Shown here in pieces: positions 28,370 to 32,000 of a stretch of DNA of 32,000 bases. A program made the position numbers and the translations under genes. The stretch covers positions 1,620,001 to 1,652,000 of the forward strand of contig NC_017459.1 of the NCBI RefSeq assembly GCF_000237865.1, written 5' to 3'. The notes beneath the pieces are model-generated. The model did not search any database. It was not told where the DNA came from and saw nothing but the letters and a program-made list of their open reading frames with translations. Within the stretch, counting starts at the first letter, position 1. The number at the start of each line of letters is the position of its first letter. The stretch is from Haloquadratum walsbyi C23. GTDB taxonomy: Archaea; Halobacteriota; Halobacteria; Halobacteriales; Haloferacaceae.

Positions 28370-28545
28370 TTGACTCCGAGGTGTCGGATTCATCCTGCGG
28401 CTTAGTGATTTAACAAACTCCTGGGTGAACTAATTCACTAATTCGATTCGAGAGAACCACTCTGACCGATGCATGTCTAGTTAAGCACCCACTTCTTCTG
28501 TGGACTACTAAGCCGCAGGGATTCTCCTCAAATCTGTGTGACTCG
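28370..28545 (+). repeat. truncated 5' portion of the large repeat family (copy D)
   Basis: TTGAC + CCGAGGTGTCGGATTC + ATCCTGCGGC [insert] GCCGCAGGGATTCTCC. This parallels the first hairpin of copy C, but similarity is lost afterwards. Confidence 0.5.
28402..28511 (+). mobile_element. about 110-nt MITE-like element N1, copy a, inside a perfect 8-bp stem
   Basis: TTAGTGATTTAAC...GGACTACTAA is flanked by CCTGCGGC / GCCGCAGG. It is about 90 percent identical by eye to 29402-29512, while the flanks are much less similar. Confidence 0.55.
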
Positions 28546-28673
28546 ATTAAAAGGGTTCATACAAATCATTCCGATGAGCAGGCGAAAAACCTCGCCCCTC
28601 AGGGGGAGAAATGCCAAGTGTTTGAATATCTTGCAACGATGTGCTCTTTACTCCTGGATTATACTATCACCGT

Positions 28674-29309
28674 ATGCGTGGAGGTGTCGTTCTTGCTGGT
28701 GGTCGATCGACACGCTTTGGAAATCGAGACAAAGCAGTCGTGACGCTTGCTGGGACGCCACTGATTAAACGAGTTGTTGATCGAATCGCAGGGGTCGTTG
28801 ATGAAATTGTCATCAATTGTCGTCAGTCACAACGTGATTCGATTACCGCAGCACTAGCTAAGAGTGATGTTGAGTTACAATTCGCAATTGATCAGACTCC
28901 AGATCGCGGTCCAATGGCAGGATTAGCTCGTGGACTTGAGATAACAGATGCAACATATACAATCGCCGTTGGTTGTGATATGCCATTTATTGACCCTGAT
29001 TTTGTTGAATATTTGTTTGAGCGCATTACCGAAGGATACGCTGATGCTGTTGTGCCACGTCTAAATGAATGGTATCAGCCGACGCATGCAGTATACACGA
29101 CGAATCCTATGTATGCTGCATGTCGCCGTGCGCTCGATAATGATGCACGACAGCTTATTGCCCCATTTGAGTATCTCGATGTGCTTACGATATCGAAATC
29201 AACAATCGATACACACACAACACAGCGGACATTCAGAAATGTGAATACGCCTGAAGAACTCTCGATGGCTGCAAGTGAACTCACCACCAATGATGACTCG
29301 ACTAATTAA
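28674..29309 (+). CDS. mobA: molybdenum cofactor guanylyltransferase
   Basis: MRGGVVLAGGRSTRFGNRDKA is the typical LAGGxSxRxG..DK N-terminus. The start is at the internal ATG 28674. Confidence 0.85.
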   Translation: MRGGVVLAGGRSTRFGNRDKAVVTLAGTPLIKRVVDRIAGVVDEIVINCRQSQRDSITAALAKSDVELQFAIDQTPDRGPMAGLARGLEITDATYTIAVGCDMPFIDPDFVEYLFERITEGYADAVVPRLNEWYQPTHAVYTTNPMYAACRRALDNDARQLIAPFEYLDVLTISKSTIDTHTTQRTFRNVNTPEELSMAASELTTNDDSTN

Positions 29310-29383
29310 CGGGGTGACGCTCTCCCTGCGCTGAGCAGTAGTTACTGAATTGGGTTCTTATCGAAGTAGCCGCAATAGCGGGA

Positions 29384-30094
29384 TTGACATCCTCCTCCGC
29401 GTATAGTGATTCAACAAACTTCTGGGTGAACTGATTCACTCATTCGATGCGAGAGAACTATTCTGACTGATGCATGTCTACTCAAGCACCCACTTCTTCT
29501 GTGAACTACTAAACGCGGAGGAATCCTGAGCGTGAGCGTGAATGGTGGAGATTGCAGGTTTGCAGCTCCACCAAACCCCGGTACGGTGAGAATCCATGTG
29601 GGGTTCACGGACTGTGGCGAGTCGAGTGGGACTGCTGGGACTGCTGGGAGTGCCACATCTCAGCCCCCGGTATTCCTATCCCCCCATCGTATTCGGACTC
29701 CCGGAGTTGGTTGTGCCGGAGAATCCGGCAGATTTCGACAGACTCGAAGTTACTTTCTGCGGTGTTTGCAAGCAGTCGGGCACTGCAACTGCATCTGCAT
29801 CGGTTCAGTATATTATATGAACCGACCGTTCACCTGACTGGTTCCGATTCCTGTCTGAGTGCATGGGGCGGACAGGCCGCCATCGTCGGAGTGACCGGAA
29901 TCGCCCTGCCCTGTTCCCAATCTGATTCCTATCTATAGATAGGCTTGCCTGTCAGTTCAAGCTCCGGAGTCCCAAATCTCAGCGTGACTATTGCAGCGGA
30001 GATTTCCTCCGGGGTGTCGAATGACGCGGGTTTAGCGACTCCCATCACCGACAGGAATGATCACGGCGGTAAAGACTTGCACTGATCACTATGA
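29384..30094 (+). repeat. large hairpin-rich non-coding repeat, copy C
   Basis: Same 5' 19-mer and 3' module as copy B. It has an internal tandem duplication, GGGACTGCTGGGACTGCTGGG. Only short, mutually overlapping ORFs occur, in several frames. Confidence 0.75.
29402..29512 (+). mobile_element. about 110-nt MITE-like element N1, copy b, in the loop of the first hairpin of copy C
   Basis: ATAGTGATTCAAC...GAACTACTAA lies between CTCCGCG and CGCGGAG. The internal hairpin GTGAA-ctg-TTCAC is conserved in both copies. Confidence 0.55.
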
Positions 30095-30152
30095 GTGCTA
30101 GCAATCATATTGTCACGCTGACACAGGTATCAACGAGAGGATTTGCGTCCGC

Positions 30153-30380
30153 TTATGACGAATCCAATCTAGGATGATTAATAAATAATGCATCTCCAAC
30201 AACAATACCCCCAGCGAGTGAGGCAACGCCCATCGAGGCTATCTGAGATAATGTAAGTGCAATTGCACACGTAATGTATGTGATACATACGATAAGTGGG
30301 ATTGCAATGAGAAGCTTGTCATAGATTGTCACTGAGAATGAGAATATAAGTGATCCAAATTGAGTGATCGGATCTAGCAT
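30153..30380 (-). CDS. small hydrophobic membrane protein (hypothetical)
   Basis: 75 aa with two clear hydrophobic helices. No recognisable family. Confidence 0.45.
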   Translation of the reverse strand: MLDPITQFGSLIFSFSVTIYDKLLIAIPLIVCITYITCAIALTLSQIASMGVASLAGGIVVGDALFINHPRLDSS

Positions 30381-30480
30381 TGTTTCTGTAATTATATCTC
30401 ATTAGATGAAGCTTCATAAAATCACATCATTCATATCGATTGTACTTGATCAGGTATTCGCACCAATTTTCCTGATACTG

Positions 30481-30548
30481 TTGGCTATAGTCACGCGAAG
30501 GATTTCGGCACCCCGAGGTGTCGGAAATCTCCACGTAGTTATAGCCAA
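30481..30548. repeat. 68-nt imperfect palindrome related to motifs in the large repeats
   Basis: TTGGCTATAGTCACGCGAAGGATTTCGGCACC / CCGAGGTGTCGGAAATCTCCACGTAGTTATAGCCAA. The half-site CCGAGGTGTCGGA also occurs at 28376-28388. Confidence 0.65.
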
Positions 30549-30681
30549 TAGTATGAAGGTATGATAAAATAAGTATGACATATTTGATTCATACATCTAG
30601 AGGCAGCCTCTCTTTTATATATAACGTGGCGAGCTGATGAGTGTCGCATCTCTTTTGAATACTCATTACACAGTACCATTG

Positions 30682-31002
30682 ATGACAGAGATTGATTCGG
30701 ATGCGCTCTTACCGAATGAACACGTAAAGAACGCTGTTCGTAATGAAGATATTACCCAACTGAGTCGCGGGGCGACAAATAAATATGCCTCAGAGGGTGA
30801 CACGTTTTCTATCGATGAGGATGTATTCGTTATATCGAGTGTTGATGAACGGACACTTGGTGATTTAACAGATTTAGACGCTCAACGGGAAGGATCAGAG
30901 TCACTGACAGCATATCGAGAACGGATGCAGCGTGTTCATACTGATGATTTTGAGTGGGATCCAACAAATAAAATTCTTACATATCAATTTGAGTCTGCCT
31001 AG
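30682..31002 (+). CDS. ASCH-domain-like small protein
   Basis: The pattern GDTF.I....F.I..V...TLGDLT..DA..EG..SL..YRE is reminiscent of ASCH/PUA-like proteins. The start is at the internal MTEIDSD. The family call is tentative. Confidence 0.5.
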   Translation: MTEIDSDALLPNEHVKNAVRNEDITQLSRGATNKYASEGDTFSIDEDVFVISSVDERTLGDLTDLDAQREGSESLTAYRERMQRVHTDDFEWDPTNKILTYQFESA

Positions 31003-31038
31003 ACGTCTCAGATATCGAGTCGAATTACTTTTTCATAC

Positions 31039-31758
31039 TCATCCAAGCGTCTGACACCGCTCGATGAGTGAGCAATCATCAATAATAACACCGTCGACTG
31101 CTGTGGAGTGATCATCTCCACTAATCCTGGCTAACGCAGTCAGCGTTTCAGCGTCCTCAACAGTCCATGCGTTAACATACAGTCCTTGTTCATGAGCTGC
31201 GCTGACAATGTCGGTTTCGATACAAAGTGATGCTGAGGGATGAACTGCTGTACATCCGATTTTGATGGCACGCATGAGTGCATCCTGTGGGTCTGTTGCA
31301 AATAGTAATGCAACGTCTGTGAGACCCGCTGAGACAGCTGCAGTTAGTGCAGTCGGGGCAAATGATGAGACAATAACATCATGGTCAAACTGGTTAATAT
31401 ACATCACAACATCATCAATAACAGATGGCTCTTTCAGTTCAATGTGCAATGTAACGTCTGTAGATACTGTCTGAAAGACCTCCTGTAATGTTGGCACATG
31501 TGCAGTCGAACCCGCAACATGCACTTGTTGTAGTTCGGACACCGAGGTATCTGAAACAAGCCCATCAACATCGGTGACACGATCAAGTCTGTTATCATGT
31601 ATTACGACAGATTCGCCTGTTCCACAGCGACGGACATCAAATTCAACCGCACCGGCGCTGCTTCCAGCGTTTTGAAGCGCCCTGAGTGTGTTCTCTGGAT
31701 ATTGGTGTGGACAGCCGCGATGAGCGATTGGTTGCACGTGATTTGTGCTTGCCATCAT
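31039..31758 (-). CDS. glycerophosphodiester phosphodiesterase (GDPD family)
   Basis: Motifs are IAHRGCPHQYPENTL and VEFDVRRCGTGESVVIHD, with the conserved HIELK region. Confidence 0.9.
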   Translation of the reverse strand: MMASTNHVQPIAHRGCPHQYPENTLRALQNAGSSAGAVEFDVRRCGTGESVVIHDNRLDRVTDVDGLVSDTSVSELQQVHVAGSTAHVPTLQEVFQTVSTDVTLHIELKEPSVIDDVVMYINQFDHDVIVSSFAPTALTAAVSAGLTDVALLFATDPQDALMRAIKIGCTAVHPSASLCIETDIVSAAHEQGLYVNAWTVEDAETLTALARISGDDHSTAVDGVIIDDCSLIERCQTLG

Positions 31759-32000
31759 ATATCATAATACCATCGCAACGTGAACGGCGACTTCTCCCGT
31801 CAGCTCGGCATCTCCGGCAACAGCTTACACAGGATATGTGATAATTATGAATGAGAGAATATGTCTGTCTTCAAAGAGCTACCATCCGATTGGCATCCGA
31901 TCTCGCCAGCATCGACCAGCAGGCGCGTTTGGTTTGAATCGTGCTAACCATGCTGGGGTATCTGCTCCCTCAGTTGGTGTCCGTGGTGCACCGGGTGTTG

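Noticed and set aside
29411-29938. ORFs of 74-128 aa inside repeat copy C, with similar ones in copy B (27884-28202) and copy A (23027-23302)
   Set aside because: They overlap each other in different frames and are Cys/Arg/Pro-rich, unlike the acidic proteome. They are not conserved between repeat copies, where indels are not multiples of three.
31860-32000. Partial ORF entering from the right window edge on the minus strand
   Set aside because: Only about 40 codons are visible, with non-acidic, Pro/Arg/Trp-rich composition. It cannot be distinguished from non-coding sequence.
1-32000. CRISPR arrays, rRNA genes, complete IS elements or transposase genes
   Set aside because: No regularly spaced direct repeats with unique spacers were seen. 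No rRNA-like conserved stretches were seen. No ORF has recognisable DDE, Y1 or TnpB-like features.

Overview
The window looks haloarchaeal: predicted proteins are strongly acidic, and the DNA is AT-rich for a haloarchaeon. A Haloquadratum-like host is only an inference.

Left half (about 1-15.6 kb) is an accessory/defence island:
- an AT-rich non-coding stretch with iteron-like repeats;
- an unassigned P-loop helicase-like gene, convergent with and overlapping a small wHTH regulator;
- a DUF262/DUF1524 (GmrSD-like) Type IV restriction enzyme;
- a complete Type I R-M operon, hsdM-hsdS-hsdS-hsdR-DUF45 hydrolase, with two tandem full-length specificity genes whose junctions carry duplicated hsdM-3'/hsdR-5' remnants;
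- a tyrosine integrase and a tRNA-3'-end-like fragment at the right edge;
- a perfect 19-nt inverted repeat (833-851 / 14403-14421) bracketing the cargo.

Right half (15.7-32 kb) is housekeeping: panD, a SHOCT membrane protein, a DapA-family aldolase, a Zn-ADH, a VOC/glyoxalase, TenA, an SSS transporter, DUF1684, UspA, SCO1-TlpA-CcdA, MobA, an ASCH-like protein and a GDPD.

The most unusual signal is non-coding. Three co-oriented, hairpin-rich repeats of 0.5-0.7 kb (22930-23420, 27673-28294, 29384-30094) all begin TTGACATC(C/T)TCCTCCGCG. They have conserved termini and compensatory or G-U changes in stems. Different ~110-nt elements are nested in the loop of the first hairpin. Related pieces are a truncated copy (28370-28545) and a 68-nt palindrome (30481-30548). 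A separate ~57-nt structured motif occurs twice.

No CRISPR array, rRNA or intact tRNA was seen. Everything here was read by eye; no searches were run.
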